Shown here one piece after another: positions 19,176 through 29,402 of a DNA stretch of 64,000 nucleotides; positions within the stretch are counted from its first letter, which is position 1, and each line of letters opens with the position of its first letter. A model generated the notes under the pieces. The model was not told where the DNA came from and ran no database searches. It worked only from the letters and a program-made list of their open reading frames with translations. The translations under genes were made by a program, and so were the position numbers. The DNA comes from a virus: positions 1-64,000 of IMG/VR virus record IMGVR_UViG_3300025018_000121, one strand, 5' to 3'.

Positions 19176-19727
19176 ATGTCTTCTTTAAACGATCTAAGAG
19201 AGTCTTCGTTAAAAGGAATGTTTTTTTCAGGAACGGTAGTTGATAGGAACGACCCTTTAAGGAAAAAAAGAGTAAGAATAAGAGTTCCTGTTATTTTCGA
19301 CGACACACCTGACGAAGAACTTCCTTGGGCTTACCCTAATAGCGGTTTGCGTTCAATAGGAGTTCCAGACTTAGGAACAGACTTGCTTATTATTTTTGAC
19401 CGTGGAGATATATCAAGTCCTTTATATTTAGGTAAACTCCGAACAATAAGCAATGTAGAAGAAATTCTTGGAACTAACTATGAAGAGACTTATGGTTTTC
19501 AAGATAAAAATGGAAATCGTTTTTACGTAGATATGTCAAACAATACGATTAGGCTAGAGCACACCTCGGGTTCTTTTGTAAATATAAATAGTGACGGGGC
19601 AATTGCAGTTAATGCTATGGATAATGTCACCGTAAATTGCGAAGATTTAAATGTTACTTGCACTAATGCTACTGTTGATGCAACACAAAACGTAACTGTA
19701 ACCGCCGCTCTTATACAACATAATTAG
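19176..19727 (+). CDS. baseplate central spike (gp5 OB domain/gpV-like)
   Basis: GTVVDRNDP...RVRIRVP...LPWA...VPDLGT...FDRGD..P.YLG; beta-helix tail. Confidence 0.88.
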   Translation: MSSLNDLRESSLKGMFFSGTVVDRNDPLRKKRVRIRVPVIFDDTPDEELPWAYPNSGLRSIGVPDLGTDLLIIFDRGDISSPLYLGKLRTISNVEEILGTNYEETYGFQDKNGNRFYVDMSNNTIRLEHTSGSFVNINSDGAIAVNAMDNVTVNCEDLNVTCTNATVDATQNVTVTAALIQHN

Positions 19728-19735
19728 GGTGACTT

Positions 19736-20047
19736 ATGGCAACACCTCACGCAAAATTAGGTTCTATAGGAAATGGGTTTTGTCCATGTCATCCGCCTTT
19801 TCCTCCGGTTTTTTACACCACTACAATTATACAGGGGCAACCTACGTATTTAACTAATGGAATGCCTACAGCAATTATAGGGAGTATTGGAATATCTTCT
19901 TGTGGTCACTCTACGGTTGCAATAACAGGAAGCTCCACCCATTTAAGTACGGGACTTGGAATTCATCGTCTAGGTGATACTGGAGCTAACTGTGGTAATT
20001 ACTCAATTGTTGCAGGTGTAAGTCCTAATGTAATAAGCGGAGGCTAG
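19736..20047 (+). CDS. PAAR-like spike tip protein
   Basis: CPCH, NGMPTAIIGS, CGH, IHRLGD; follows the spike gene. Confidence 0.75.
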   Translation: MATPHAKLGSIGNGFCPCHPPFPPVFYTTTIIQGQPTYLTNGMPTAIIGSIGISSCGHSTVAITGSSTHLSTGLGIHRLGDTGANCGNYSIVAGVSPNVISGG

Positions 20048-20049
20048 AA

Positions 20050-20781
20050 ATGCCGGTTCATCCAGATTCTGTAATTTCTACATGGGTTAATGATTTTCAT
20101 CCTTCTTTCTATGACAGTCTTACATCAAAAGAAAACTGGACTTATTTAAACGCCCCTCCCGGAAGTGTAGACGGAGAAACAGGGCTAGACGGATGGAAAA
20201 GGCTATATGGAAATTTAAACACTGCTTTAACAAATTGGAATAACCATGACAGAGACGTAGGTGGTTATTCTTTAAACTTGCCCGATCTCTTATTATTTAT
20301 ACACTCCTACATGGCTCTTGGGGAACAATTTCCGTTACTTACTTTTCCAAACGTTTATGATACTAACAACATAGATTTTTATAAAATTTTCAATATAAAT
20401 AATTTTATTGAAACCACTCTGGCCAACCCAGTTGATTGGTACGATGATCTTGTATCAAGTGGAGGTTTTTCCCCAACTTGGGTTTCTTCTAAAATGTCTA
20501 CAAGTATTACACAAGTAAATAACTGGGACGCAGCAGGTGCTGGTATTTACAGAGAAAGAACACGAGTTGCTACTATACGTACTATTAGTCCACAAAACGC
20601 TCAATTTTTTACTGGAAAATTTCTGTTTATTGAACCTACTGGCATTGTCATAAAAACAAAACAAGAAATCGGAGAATTGTTTTTTAATACACTAAATTGG
20701 AAATACGTAACGCCGGGTTCAGTATTCCCAAACTTGCTCGACGGTAAAGGAATTGAACTTCCTCCGTACATAACGTTGTAG
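20050..20781 (+). CDS. hypothetical baseplate-region protein
   Basis: 243-aa ORF within the baseplate operon. Confidence 0.55.
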   Translation: MPVHPDSVISTWVNDFHPSFYDSLTSKENWTYLNAPPGSVDGETGLDGWKRLYGNLNTALTNWNNHDRDVGGYSLNLPDLLLFIHSYMALGEQFPLLTFPNVYDTNNIDFYKIFNINNFIETTLANPVDWYDDLVSSGGFSPTWVSSKMSTSITQVNNWDAAGAGIYRERTRVATIRTISPQNAQFFTGKFLFIEPTGIVIKTKQEIGELFFNTLNWKYVTPGSVFPNLLDGKGIELPPYITL

Positions 20782-20788
20782 GTGAATT

Positions 20789-21172
20789 ATGCGAGTTCAG
20801 CCAGCTAATCCAACATTCACAGATTTAAATATACTTTTTGGAGTTAACGTATATCCTGAACTCTTATATGACGAAGACGTTATACGACAAAGCATATACA
20901 TGATTTTAACAACACCTGTAGGAACTCGTTTATTCAGACCTGACTACGGTTCACAGTTATTTAATTTACTGTATGAACCTAGAGACGATATTTCAGAGGT
21001 AGAAGTTGAAATTCTCTTAACACAATCAATAGAAAAATGGGAACCTCGGGTAATTATAGACCCCGAAAAAACAAAAGTAATAAATATAAACAACGGGTTT
21101 TCTATAGACCTGCATTACACAATTCGAGCAACTAACAGACAGAGTAACTTGTCTGTTAACGCACTCAGATAA
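20789..21172 (+). CDS. baseplate wedge gp25/gpW-like protein
   Basis: IRQSI..IL.TP.G.R.FRPDYGS; KWEPRV. Confidence 0.92.
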   Translation: MRVQPANPTFTDLNILFGVNVYPELLYDEDVIRQSIYMILTTPVGTRLFRPDYGSQLFNLLYEPRDDISEVEVEILLTQSIEKWEPRVIIDPEKTKVININNGFSIDLHYTIRATNRQSNLSVNALR

Positions 21173-21183
21173 GGAGTCTTTAA

Positions 21184-23031
21184 ATGACGCAGCAATTATC
21201 TACAATTCGACCTGACCTTCAAGATTTAGTAACTCAGTTGCAAAATAAACTTTCATCAAAAGATTCTTGGAAAGGTCTTTTACCTACGGAGGCGGGTCAA
21301 ACTATTATTGAGTTTATTGCATCCATAGGTGCGTTGGATCAATATTCTTTAGAAATGATATTCAAAGAAGGTTTTCCACAAACCTCTAGAATTGATTCTA
21401 GTGCTTTTGGTATTACCCGTTTACTTGGAGTCCGTTTAAAAAGAAAGGCTCCAGCTAATATTGAAGTAACTATAACAAACAACACGGCAAACCCTTTAAT
21501 CTTCGCAAAATTTTCTGAATTTGATGTTTCTGGCGTAAAATTATTTAATCGTAGTCAGATAACCGTGAACGCAGGTGACACTGACGCTCATGTTTTATAT
21601 CAAGGGGAACTTCGCACTGCTGGCTTCACTTCTACAGGAAATGATTTTCAGTCCTTTATTTCTCCAGAGTCTGAATTTACAGTATCAGACGAAGACGTTG
21701 AAGTATTAATAAATGGAAATCCTATTCCCCGTTCTACTTTAGGAATGTGGAAATTTAAAAAGACAACTGCTGTTCCTGTCAACGATGTTTTCCAAGATTT
21801 GACTACAAAAGAAGGAAGCTTACAAATTCTTTTTGGAAATGACTTATTTGGTACTAAGCCTTTAACTAACGACGTTCTATCTATTCGTTATATGATAACA
21901 GAAGGTCTTTTAGGTAACGATGGTTCTCTAGTTGGAGAATCTGTTACTTATACAGGACAACCTGACGATGTAGTTATTACTTCGACAACAGGATTAAAAA
22001 ACGGCAGCAATGAAATCAATGCGTCTTTGTATAAAAGAATTTCTCCACGTATTTTTGCTTCTTATGAAGTTGCTGCACAAGAGCAAGACTACGATATTAT
22101 TTTTAACAATCCTATTTTTCCGGTAGTGGACTACAGAATTCAAGGACAGCGTGACATTGATACAACAGATGTTCGCTACATGAATCTTTCAAAAGTATGG
22201 TTACTGCTACCAGATGATATTTTAGGAAATCCAGTTGTTCCAACACCTACAGAGTTTAATAACTTTACTAATTGGCTACAAAAAAATGCTGTATGGACAA
22301 TGCGCTATTTTTATGACATTGTTTTCGAGCCTGAATTTGGTTTAGCAAGACCTGCTCCTATTGGTTATTATTTAGAAGTTGAAATATATTGCAAAAATAC
22401 GGCTGATCTTGGTGCTGTTACTGCGGAAGTTAAAACTGCCTTACAAAATTTTGTTGCGTTAGGCGTAAGGTCAATTTCCAGAGATATTTATATATCTGAC
22501 ATTATTGATTTGGTTAAAAGAACAAGTCCGCAAATTGACTACGTTATATTAAAAAACCCTACTACAGACATAATAACGAATGCTTTGACAATGCAGCCGT
22601 CTTTTGAAATCTTAAATACAGGCGGTTCTTTAGGTAATTTATTAGCGCCAGAAACTTATTCCTACATAGTAACAGCTAGATTTGACTACACAGGAACTCC
22701 ACTTGTAGATTTAGAAACCAAGCCTACTGTTTCTCTTTCTCCTGCTGTTTCTTCTGGAATAAACACAGCGTCCATCCGTGTAGAATGGAAACCTTTATAC
22801 GGGGCAAAAGACTATAGAGTTTATGGTAGAATGCAAGGTGGTGGTTTTGGACTACTAGCAACTGTAACTGATAATTTTTATTTAGACACAGGTGCTGCGG
22901 TTCCAAACGTAGGTATTCAACCCCCTGTTCAAGACGCTTCTGGTTATAGAGTACCTACACTTGAAGAAAAACCTTTGCCTGCACTCGCTAATGATGGAAT
23001 TATTATAAACGCATTTTTCTCTGGGAGATAA
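21184..23031 (+). CDS. baseplate wedge gp6/gpJ-like protein with an FN3-like insertion near the C-terminus
   Basis: N-terminal PDLQDL...SWK...AGQTIIE; LQILFGNDLFG.KP; GLLGN. Confidence 0.85.
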   Translation: MTQQLSTIRPDLQDLVTQLQNKLSSKDSWKGLLPTEAGQTIIEFIASIGALDQYSLEMIFKEGFPQTSRIDSSAFGITRLLGVRLKRKAPANIEVTITNNTANPLIFAKFSEFDVSGVKLFNRSQITVNAGDTDAHVLYQGELRTAGFTSTGNDFQSFISPESEFTVSDEDVEVLINGNPIPRSTLGMWKFKKTTAVPVNDVFQDLTTKEGSLQILFGNDLFGTKPLTNDVLSIRYMITEGLLGNDGSLVGESVTYTGQPDDVVITSTTGLKNGSNEINASLYKRISPRIFASYEVAAQEQDYDIIFNNPIFPVVDYRIQGQRDIDTTDVRYMNLSKVWLLLPDDILGNPVVPTPTEFNNFTNWLQKNAVWTMRYFYDIVFEPEFGLARPAPIGYYLEVEIYCKNTADLGAVTAEVKTALQNFVALGVRSISRDIYISDIIDLVKRTSPQIDYVILKNPTTDIITNALTMQPSFEILNTGGSLGNLLAPETYSYIVTARFDYTGTPLVDLETKPTVSLSPAVSSGINTASIRVEWKPLYGAKDYRVYGRMQGGGFGLLATVTDNFYLDTGAAVPNVGIQPPVQDASGYRVPTLEEKPLPALANDGIIINAFFSGR

Positions 23032-23033
23032 TA

Positions 23034-23735
23034 ATGAAACGTCGTGACTTGTTATGGCCTCCACTAAGAGACTTAGCAGTTTGGAAAGACTTAGCTGATG
23101 CTATTGATGAAGTTTGGAAGGACAAAATTGATGATCCGCAAAAACTTTTCTTGTTACTACGTGATATTTTTCCATTTACGTTTACGAAGTACGGCGAAGA
23201 GCCTCAGACCGGAATGTTCGACACTACTGATCTATACCCTTTTCCTAAAGATGAGTATTTAAAAAACTGTGATCTATTGGGTTTTCAATTCAGTGAAACT
23301 TTTTTCAGCAGAGAAGACTTTCAACTTATTTCTAGTACGTTCGCGGCTTATCTTCCAGAAAAAGTAACTGAGACGTGCGTTGATTATTTTAGTTACTGTT
23401 TGAGCGCTATTTTTGAAACGGACACCTTATGGGCTGAAATGGACATAAACAATAAATATATAAACTTTGAGCCTGAATTATTACCTGACGGTGTTACGCC
23501 TAACCCTGCGATAGGAACACCTGTTTACGCAGGAGGTACTTGGTTTCCAACAACACACGTAAATCTGAGATATGACTTTGTTAAGTTTGGTTTATTTACA
23601 CCTTACAACGTCAGAGATTTTTTCTACTACATTGTGCCTCTTGCAATTGTTTTGAATACAATTGTTTTTGACAGTCCTGTGCCTTTGCAACAATATAGCG
23701 TCGCAATTGCAGGGCTAATGACGATAACGTATTAA
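23034..23735 (+). CDS. baseplate gp7/gpI-like protein
   Basis: position after gpJ-like gene; DLLGF, PTTHV, FYYIVP..IVL. Confidence 0.6.
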   Translation: MKRRDLLWPPLRDLAVWKDLADAIDEVWKDKIDDPQKLFLLLRDIFPFTFTKYGEEPQTGMFDTTDLYPFPKDEYLKNCDLLGFQFSETFFSREDFQLISSTFAAYLPEKVTETCVDYFSYCLSAIFETDTLWAEMDINNKYINFEPELLPDGVTPNPAIGTPVYAGGTWFPTTHVNLRYDFVKFGLFTPYNVRDFFYYIVPLAIVLNTIVFDSPVPLQQYSVAIAGLMTITY

Positions 23736-23747
23736 GGAGTTTATTAA

Positions 23748-25775
23748 ATGTCACAGTTTGAACTTACTCAAATTGGTATTGATGCTGTTAATGCTGCGGG
23801 TACGGGAGGCCCTAAGATTGATGTTGTTGAATTTAGAGTTTCTAATTATGATGGCCCTGTAATTGATCCTGTAGATTATATTAATTTAACTGCAATGCCG
23901 GGTTCTACTCTACATACCGGCGTTGTGTCTGGATACACTATTGCTGGCCCAAATGACGCTTCTTGGCGTCTTTCTATGGATCAAACTGTAGGGACTTTTG
24001 ATTTTGATTGGGTTGGTTTATACCATACTAATGACGGTAGTGATCGAGTTTTATTTGCTATTTACAAGTTGCCGGGAAAACAAGCAAAAACTGATATCGC
24101 TTCAGGCTCACCTAACGTAATTAATTTTGATGCAACTACTACAGGTGTTACTAATGCCGCAGCTATCGTTAATTTTACGGTTTATTCAGCGGGTATTGCA
24201 AAACCCGTAGAAGTACCTAATGTGGAAAGTATTCCACCTGCTCCCGTAGCTCCTACAAATTTTTATATAGGAGACACGGATGAAACAAATTCAATTTTAA
24301 GAGTATTTAAAAAACCAGATGACTTATGGAGTATAGCTGAAAAGAAAATCCTTCTCTCAGGAACTGTTACCGCAGGCGCAAGTACACCACTTCGCATTTA
24401 CTCCACTGATATAGGCTCCAGCATAACAGGACTGGTAGCGGGCAAATACTTTATACAGTTTACTTCAGGCGCTTATAAAGGGCTTTTAAGAAAAATTACA
24501 GGCACTGGTTTGGACTACGTAGAGTGGACTGCTTCCTTAGCGTCAACTCCAACACTAGGAATAACTTTTGATATTTTAGACTCTTCTTATTCTTACCCAC
24601 CAGATGCTTCTACTACCGTTAAAGGAATCGTTGAACTCGCGGACGATACTGAAACTGCTAACGGGGTAGACGGAACTCGCGCAGTAACGCCCTCTGGTTT
24701 AGCAAGTATTGTTAGTGAAGCTGCTACAGCAGAAAAATTAGCAAAGAGAAACGCATCAGGACAGCTCTCTGTAGCCACACCAACTTTAAATGAACATGCG
24801 GCTAATAAAGAGTACGCTGATTTAGTTTCGTTAACTACAAAAGAAGATATTTTATCCGGGGTACAGTGGGGCCTTGTAACCAAATTAGGAGAGTCTGCTA
24901 ATCTTGCGAACACTGGAATACCTGAGTCGGTATGTGTACTGAACTCTTCTGCTAGATTTTTATTCGTTACAGCTTCTGCTGCCACCTCTAGGATTTATTT
25001 AAGAATACTGACACGGGACACAGCAGGGGCTATAAGTGTAGTCGCTACTTATACCAGTGCAGACTTAGGATTTACAGCAGATAGACTTTTAGTTTGCCCT
25101 ACCGCAGAAAATTCTTTTTTAGTAGTCTACCAATCCTCTGCGAGTACAATTGGTTTTCGTGAGTTTGAATTTGACGGCACCTCTACAATAACAGAACTGG
25201 TCTATAACAACGGTTTTACTGGAAAAGAACTTATATCTTTAAGCAGAGTATCAGACACTAGCGTACTTTTTTGTTATTCTGATATAGGCGGATCAAGCTC
25301 CAGTGTAGACTTAATAGAAAAAGTTGGTCTTAACTGGCCTACATTTCCGGGTACAGTAATATCTACGCCCGGTTCTACCCCAAGTGCTGTTTGTTTTATG
25401 CAAGCCCCTATGATTTACGCTTTATGTTTTACAAGTACTATGCAAATTAGGGATGATGTTGGTCTACTTGCCTCTATAACTTTTCCTATATCTAGAAGTG
25501 TTCCAAGAATAAGTGCCTTAAATAAATACGATATTGCCTTGATAGCTAATAACTCCGATACTTTAGAAGTTTTCAAGTACAGTCCTTCTAGCAGTACAGT
25601 AACTTTAAACAATGCCGCTCTTCTTGATATTGATCTTGACTCTGAGCGTGGTTCTTTGTGTGCTCATAAAGGTGGGGTTGTTGGTTTGGTAAATTTCCAG
25701 AGTGCAGGTAACATGCGTTTACATTTATATAAAATAGAAAATAGTTTAGACGGCCCCATTGAACTCGTAAGCTAA
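23748..25775 (+). CDS. tail fibre/receptor-binding protein
   Basis: gpH-like N-terminus (LTQIG...VGTFDFDWVGLY), DASTTVKGIVELA...AVTP repeat, beta-rich C-terminal domain. Confidence 0.8.
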   Translation: MSQFELTQIGIDAVNAAGTGGPKIDVVEFRVSNYDGPVIDPVDYINLTAMPGSTLHTGVVSGYTIAGPNDASWRLSMDQTVGTFDFDWVGLYHTNDGSDRVLFAIYKLPGKQAKTDIASGSPNVINFDATTTGVTNAAAIVNFTVYSAGIAKPVEVPNVESIPPAPVAPTNFYIGDTDETNSILRVFKKPDDLWSIAEKKILLSGTVTAGASTPLRIYSTDIGSSITGLVAGKYFIQFTSGAYKGLLRKITGTGLDYVEWTASLASTPTLGITFDILDSSYSYPPDASTTVKGIVELADDTETANGVDGTRAVTPSGLASIVSEAATAEKLAKRNASGQLSVATPTLNEHAANKEYADLVSLTTKEDILSGVQWGLVTKLGESANLANTGIPESVCVLNSSARFLFVTASAATSRIYLRILTRDTAGAISVVATYTSADLGFTADRLLVCPTAENSFLVVYQSSASTIGFREFEFDGTSTITELVYNNGFTGKELISLSRVSDTSVLFCYSDIGGSSSSVDLIEKVGLNWPTFPGTVISTPGSTPSAVCFMQAPMIYALCFTSTMQIRDDVGLLASITFPISRSVPRISALNKYDIALIANNSDTLEVFKYSPSSSTVTLNNAALLDIDLDSERGSLCAHKGGVVGLVNFQSAGNMRLHLYKIENSLDGPIELVS

Positions 25776-25788
25776 GGAGACTAAAAAA

Positions 25789-26112
25789 ATGTCCGAGAAA
25801 CTTATAGAAATAGCAGCAACGCTCGGCTCTGTAATTCTTCTCGGACTTTTTGCGACGAAAAGAATTGAGTCGATGCTTGATAATAAATACGACGCCCTTA
25901 ATGAACAACTAACAAAGCAAGTAGAAAAGATTGATGAAAGAATGATTGATAGACTTTTGCAAATTGAAAGACTAAATACAGAATCAAATGAAATATACAA
26001 ATCGCTTTTAGAAAAACAGAAAGAAAATGACAAGATAATGGGGCAACTAGGTGCTTTGAAAGAAGCACCTGTTAATAAACTTGTCGAAGAATGGAATAGG
26101 AGAGAGTTATGA
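25789..26112 (+). CDS. i-spanin-like protein (N-terminal TM plus coiled coil)
   Basis: single N-terminal TM and heptad-rich helix; coupled to the lipoprotein gene. Confidence 0.5.
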   Translation: MSEKLIEIAATLGSVILLGLFATKRIESMLDNKYDALNEQLTKQVEKIDERMIDRLLQIERLNTESNEIYKSLLEKQKENDKIMGQLGALKEAPVNKLVEEWNRREL

Positions 26113-26642
26113 ATGAAGAAGAGCTAAAACGCAAAGTAAAAGAAAAATATCTTGGAGCAATTGATTTAATTATAGCTCTCGCTATTATAATTGTAATTCT
26201 AGGTCTTATGTCAGGGTGTGCTTTAAAGCCACCTGAGTTTAAAACACCAGAGTCAAGACTTTCACACTTATCAGAAAAACCTATTCCAGAAATTAAAATT
26301 TATCCTATTAAGCCTTACCCAAAGTCCTATGTAATTTCTACATCTTTGAATACTTATGCAGGGTTCGACCAAAAAGGAATGTATGACCTGCTTACCTTCA
26401 GAGCAGAGCACTTGGCTAACACACAAAATCTAATAGCTTTATCTGAAATTTATACACTTGATATTAATGAAAGAAACTATTTGTTGCTTTTAGCAAAAGA
26501 CCTAGAACAAAAGGGTTTTATTTATCAAGAAAAAGCACACAATGCAGACTTTTATTTAAATAGGCAACGTCAATTATTTAATGTGCGCCTCTGGTTAGAG
26601 CGTGGATTTTTCTCCGTTGTCATAGCAGCAATTTTGCTGTAA
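26109..26642 (+). CDS. lipoprotein, spanin-like
   Basis: hydrophobic signal ending in lipobox LMSGC; hydrophobic C-terminus. Confidence 0.55.
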   Translation: MNEEELKRKVKEKYLGAIDLIIALAIIIVILGLMSGCALKPPEFKTPESRLSHLSEKPIPEIKIYPIKPYPKSYVISTSLNTYAGFDQKGMYDLLTFRAEHLANTQNLIALSEIYTLDINERNYLLLLAKDLEQKGFIYQEKAHNADFYLNRQRQLFNVRLWLERGFFSVVIAAILL

Positions 26643-26655
26643 TTCAAAATAAAAC

Positions 26656-26665
26656 CTAATTTAAT
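26656..26665 (+). promoter_or_regulatory. CTAATTTAAT class-2 promoter-like motif
   Basis: intergenic, upstream of 26700. Confidence 0.6.
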
Positions 26666-26699
26666 GGTAAGCAAGTATTCCTTTAAGGAGTAGGAAGAA

Positions 26700-28124
26700 A
26701 TGGCAATTAAAAGCCTGCAAATTAAAAATCGAATTAGCTCTTTAGCTAACTCAAAAGATACCTCGAAAGTGGTGTTAGCGGAATTTAGATCACCAGAAGA
26801 AGTTATGGAATACATTAAGTCCGTTAACAAATCTGTTGACGGCTTTTTGTCTAAAATAAAGACACTTAAAGACTTATTTACCAAATACTCTGCTAAGTCG
26901 CGTATTTCAAAACGTCCTTGGACTCGCGACAAACAAACTGCGGGTAGTAAGTTTAAAAAAATTGGCATGTCTTTTAATTCAGAAGAAAAGTTTGACTTGG
27001 ACTCTATTAAAAGACAAAGCACCACTACAGTTAAAGACCCGAGAAAACCGGCAGGGTCTTCTAAGATAACAAATATTACTTTGAAAATGCTCCCTACGGA
27101 CTTACAAAAATTAAATACTAAAACTGTAGAATTATCCGACATGTATCAGCACTTAGAAAAACTAGATTCAATTCTTGCTTCTTTAAGTGCAGGCAAGTAT
27201 GAGTATCAAGTAAAACAAACACTGACCACCACTGCATTAATGAAAGAAGCAAATGCGGTGAGAAAGAAAACGCAGAGTGCTATTGATGCTGCCGAGAAAT
27301 TTCTTTCAGGTGTAGCCAAAAAGAATGCCCCTGAGATTTTTACAGACACTGTAGAAAAATGCGTTAACATTGTTTTAGATAAGTATTCCGATCACTACAC
27401 AGACTTTACTGAGAATCTTTATTTAACAACTGTGGAGAGCACACCTCCCGGTGCAAAAAAGAAAAAATACGATCTTAAATTTGTGCATTATTTAAACGTA
27501 GAATTAGAGAATGATGAAATTGCCGCTGAAGATGTATTTCTGGTTTACACCGGCATTGTTGACATGGATAGACAGACTCTTACCATGTATGTTACTTTTT
27601 ATAATTCCTTCGTACCGCCCGATAAAGTAGAATTCGGAAGAAATCTTTTTTCTAATGCTAATGAAGCCGCAGCTAAATCTTTGGCTTTACTTGCAACAAA
27701 TGCTTTTGAAGCCGAACTCGAAACTGTGCCTTTACCGCAAACAAATAAAAAGCTTATTGATGCTCTTAAAAAACATCCTTGGATAGGAATGGTGTCAAAT
27801 ATTAAAGTTTCAAATGAAAATATTTACGTTAAATATAAATCTGATGTTAAGCGCGTGGAAATTCCGCCTTTAGAAAAACAGATTGTTAGAGACGTGGCTG
27901 TTCTTTTATACTCGCTAGTTCCTGATAAACAAAAGCCAAAAGTAAAAGTAAAAACTTATTCTAGTGGAAGTCGCGGACACGTGTCTAAAATATACTTAGG
28001 AATTCCTACAGATAAAGAAGGGCGCGAAGGTAGAATTGATGCACTACTGTTGCAAAAACTTCGTGAGCTTTTCCCATTTACCGACGATCAAGTAAGACAG
28101 ATTGTACGGATGGTAAACTATTAA
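26700..28124 (+). CDS. probable inner-head/virion protein
   Basis: class-2 motif upstream; VVLA|E and QTA|G candidate maturation sites. Confidence 0.5.
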   Translation: MAIKSLQIKNRISSLANSKDTSKVVLAEFRSPEEVMEYIKSVNKSVDGFLSKIKTLKDLFTKYSAKSRISKRPWTRDKQTAGSKFKKIGMSFNSEEKFDLDSIKRQSTTTVKDPRKPAGSSKITNITLKMLPTDLQKLNTKTVELSDMYQHLEKLDSILASLSAGKYEYQVKQTLTTTALMKEANAVRKKTQSAIDAAEKFLSGVAKKNAPEIFTDTVEKCVNIVLDKYSDHYTDFTENLYLTTVESTPPGAKKKKYDLKFVHYLNVELENDEIAAEDVFLVYTGIVDMDRQTLTMYVTFYNSFVPPDKVEFGRNLFSNANEAAAKSLALLATNAFEAELETVPLPQTNKKLIDALKKHPWIGMVSNIKVSNENIYVKYKSDVKRVEIPPLEKQIVRDVAVLLYSLVPDKQKPKVKVKTYSSGSRGHVSKIYLGIPTDKEGREGRIDALLLQKLRELFPFTDDQVRQIVRMVNY

Positions 28125-28136
28125 GAGGTATCCGTC

Positions 28137-29315
28137 ATGACTGCCTTTACTAACGGCCTGACAAAAGTGGTAGTGGGCAATTCTGCTACCACAACAATTC
28201 AGTTTATTGTTCCTAGTGAGTTTTTAAATTTGGCTTCGGGTTACGTAACTTATTTTTTAATTGATAGTGTTGGCGCTGTTTATTCGACAGGTCTTGGTGC
28301 TAACTACACCGTAACCCCTATAAGTGTTGGAAGTCGTGTAACTGCTGATCTTTCTATTACGGTTCCTGCAAATATTCCCGTTAATGAAATTGGTACAAAT
28401 TATCAAGTAAAAGTTTTATTAACGCTTCCTGATGAAGACAATAGTGAATTTGCAATTTTTGATACGCTAGTTGTTTTGCCCAGTGCTTCTGTTGCGTTAG
28501 GTGCTGAAGACTCTGTAGAGCTTTACGGTTCCAACGTGTCTTTAAAACTAGTGGTAGAAGAAAGTTTAGCAACAGCTCCAACTTGCGATGTTTATTTTGG
28601 TAACGTACCTTTGATAAATAGTATAGTATCAACTGGCCCTGTTGCACTCGCTGATGGTTACGAATATGCCGTAGGTTTTCTTGCACAGAATAATGGAATT
28701 ATGCCATCTTTGATTCCTTACAACACTGTTTGGAATTACGAAATTTCTGGAATAAATCAGTCTGAAAGCAGCAACCTTTACGTTATTACCCCGTCTATCA
28801 TGCAAGCAATGAAAGACATTTATGTAATAATAAATAAATCCAGAGCAAAGTTTGGCTATCAAAGTGTATTTAACGAAACAGAAATTCTTTCTTATTTAAG
28901 ACAAGGCGCTGATTTATTTAACGGCATGTTTAATCCTACTGTTTTCACAATGACAAATGCTATAGGCCCTGTCCGTCATTTTTGGCTACAGTGCAGTGCA
29001 ATTATAGCGCTACGCTCACAGTATTTGATGGAAGGCGAGTCTGCATTTAATTTCTCAGGGCAGTCTGTTTCGCTAGACATAGACCGTTCGCAATATTATG
29101 AATCATTAGCTTCAACACTAGAAAGCAGTATGCAAGAACCCGCTAGACAATTAAAAGCTAACTTAGCTAAACGTGGTCAGATTTCTGGTGACGGCAGTGT
29201 TAACCCGCTTAATCTTGCAGTTAATGCTATAGGAACAATTGGAATTTCTGCGTCGCAGGTTTCCAATATGCGTAACGTAGGCTTGAATGCTTTATTGCAA
29301 GGTTTACGTTTTTAA
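28137..29315 (+). CDS. neck/head-tail connector-like structural protein
   Basis: beta-rich N-terminal domains plus helical C-terminus with FNFSGQSVSLDIDR. Confidence 0.5.
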   Translation: MTAFTNGLTKVVVGNSATTTIQFIVPSEFLNLASGYVTYFLIDSVGAVYSTGLGANYTVTPISVGSRVTADLSITVPANIPVNEIGTNYQVKVLLTLPDEDNSEFAIFDTLVVLPSASVALGAEDSVELYGSNVSLKLVVEESLATAPTCDVYFGNVPLINSIVSTGPVALADGYEYAVGFLAQNNGIMPSLIPYNTVWNYEISGINQSESSNLYVITPSIMQAMKDIYVIINKSRAKFGYQSVFNETEILSYLRQGADLFNGMFNPTVFTMTNAIGPVRHFWLQCSAIIALRSQYLMEGESAFNFSGQSVSLDIDRSQYYESLASTLESSMQEPARQLKANLAKRGQISGDGSVNPLNLAVNAIGTIGISASQVSNMRNVGLNALLQGLRF

Positions 29316-29402
29316 TTAAAGCCGGTAACGGCATTTCGCTTACCCTAGAGGTAAACAAGTAAAGCGCCTGAAAAGGTAAACTTAAACCAGTGGAGAAACA
29401 AA

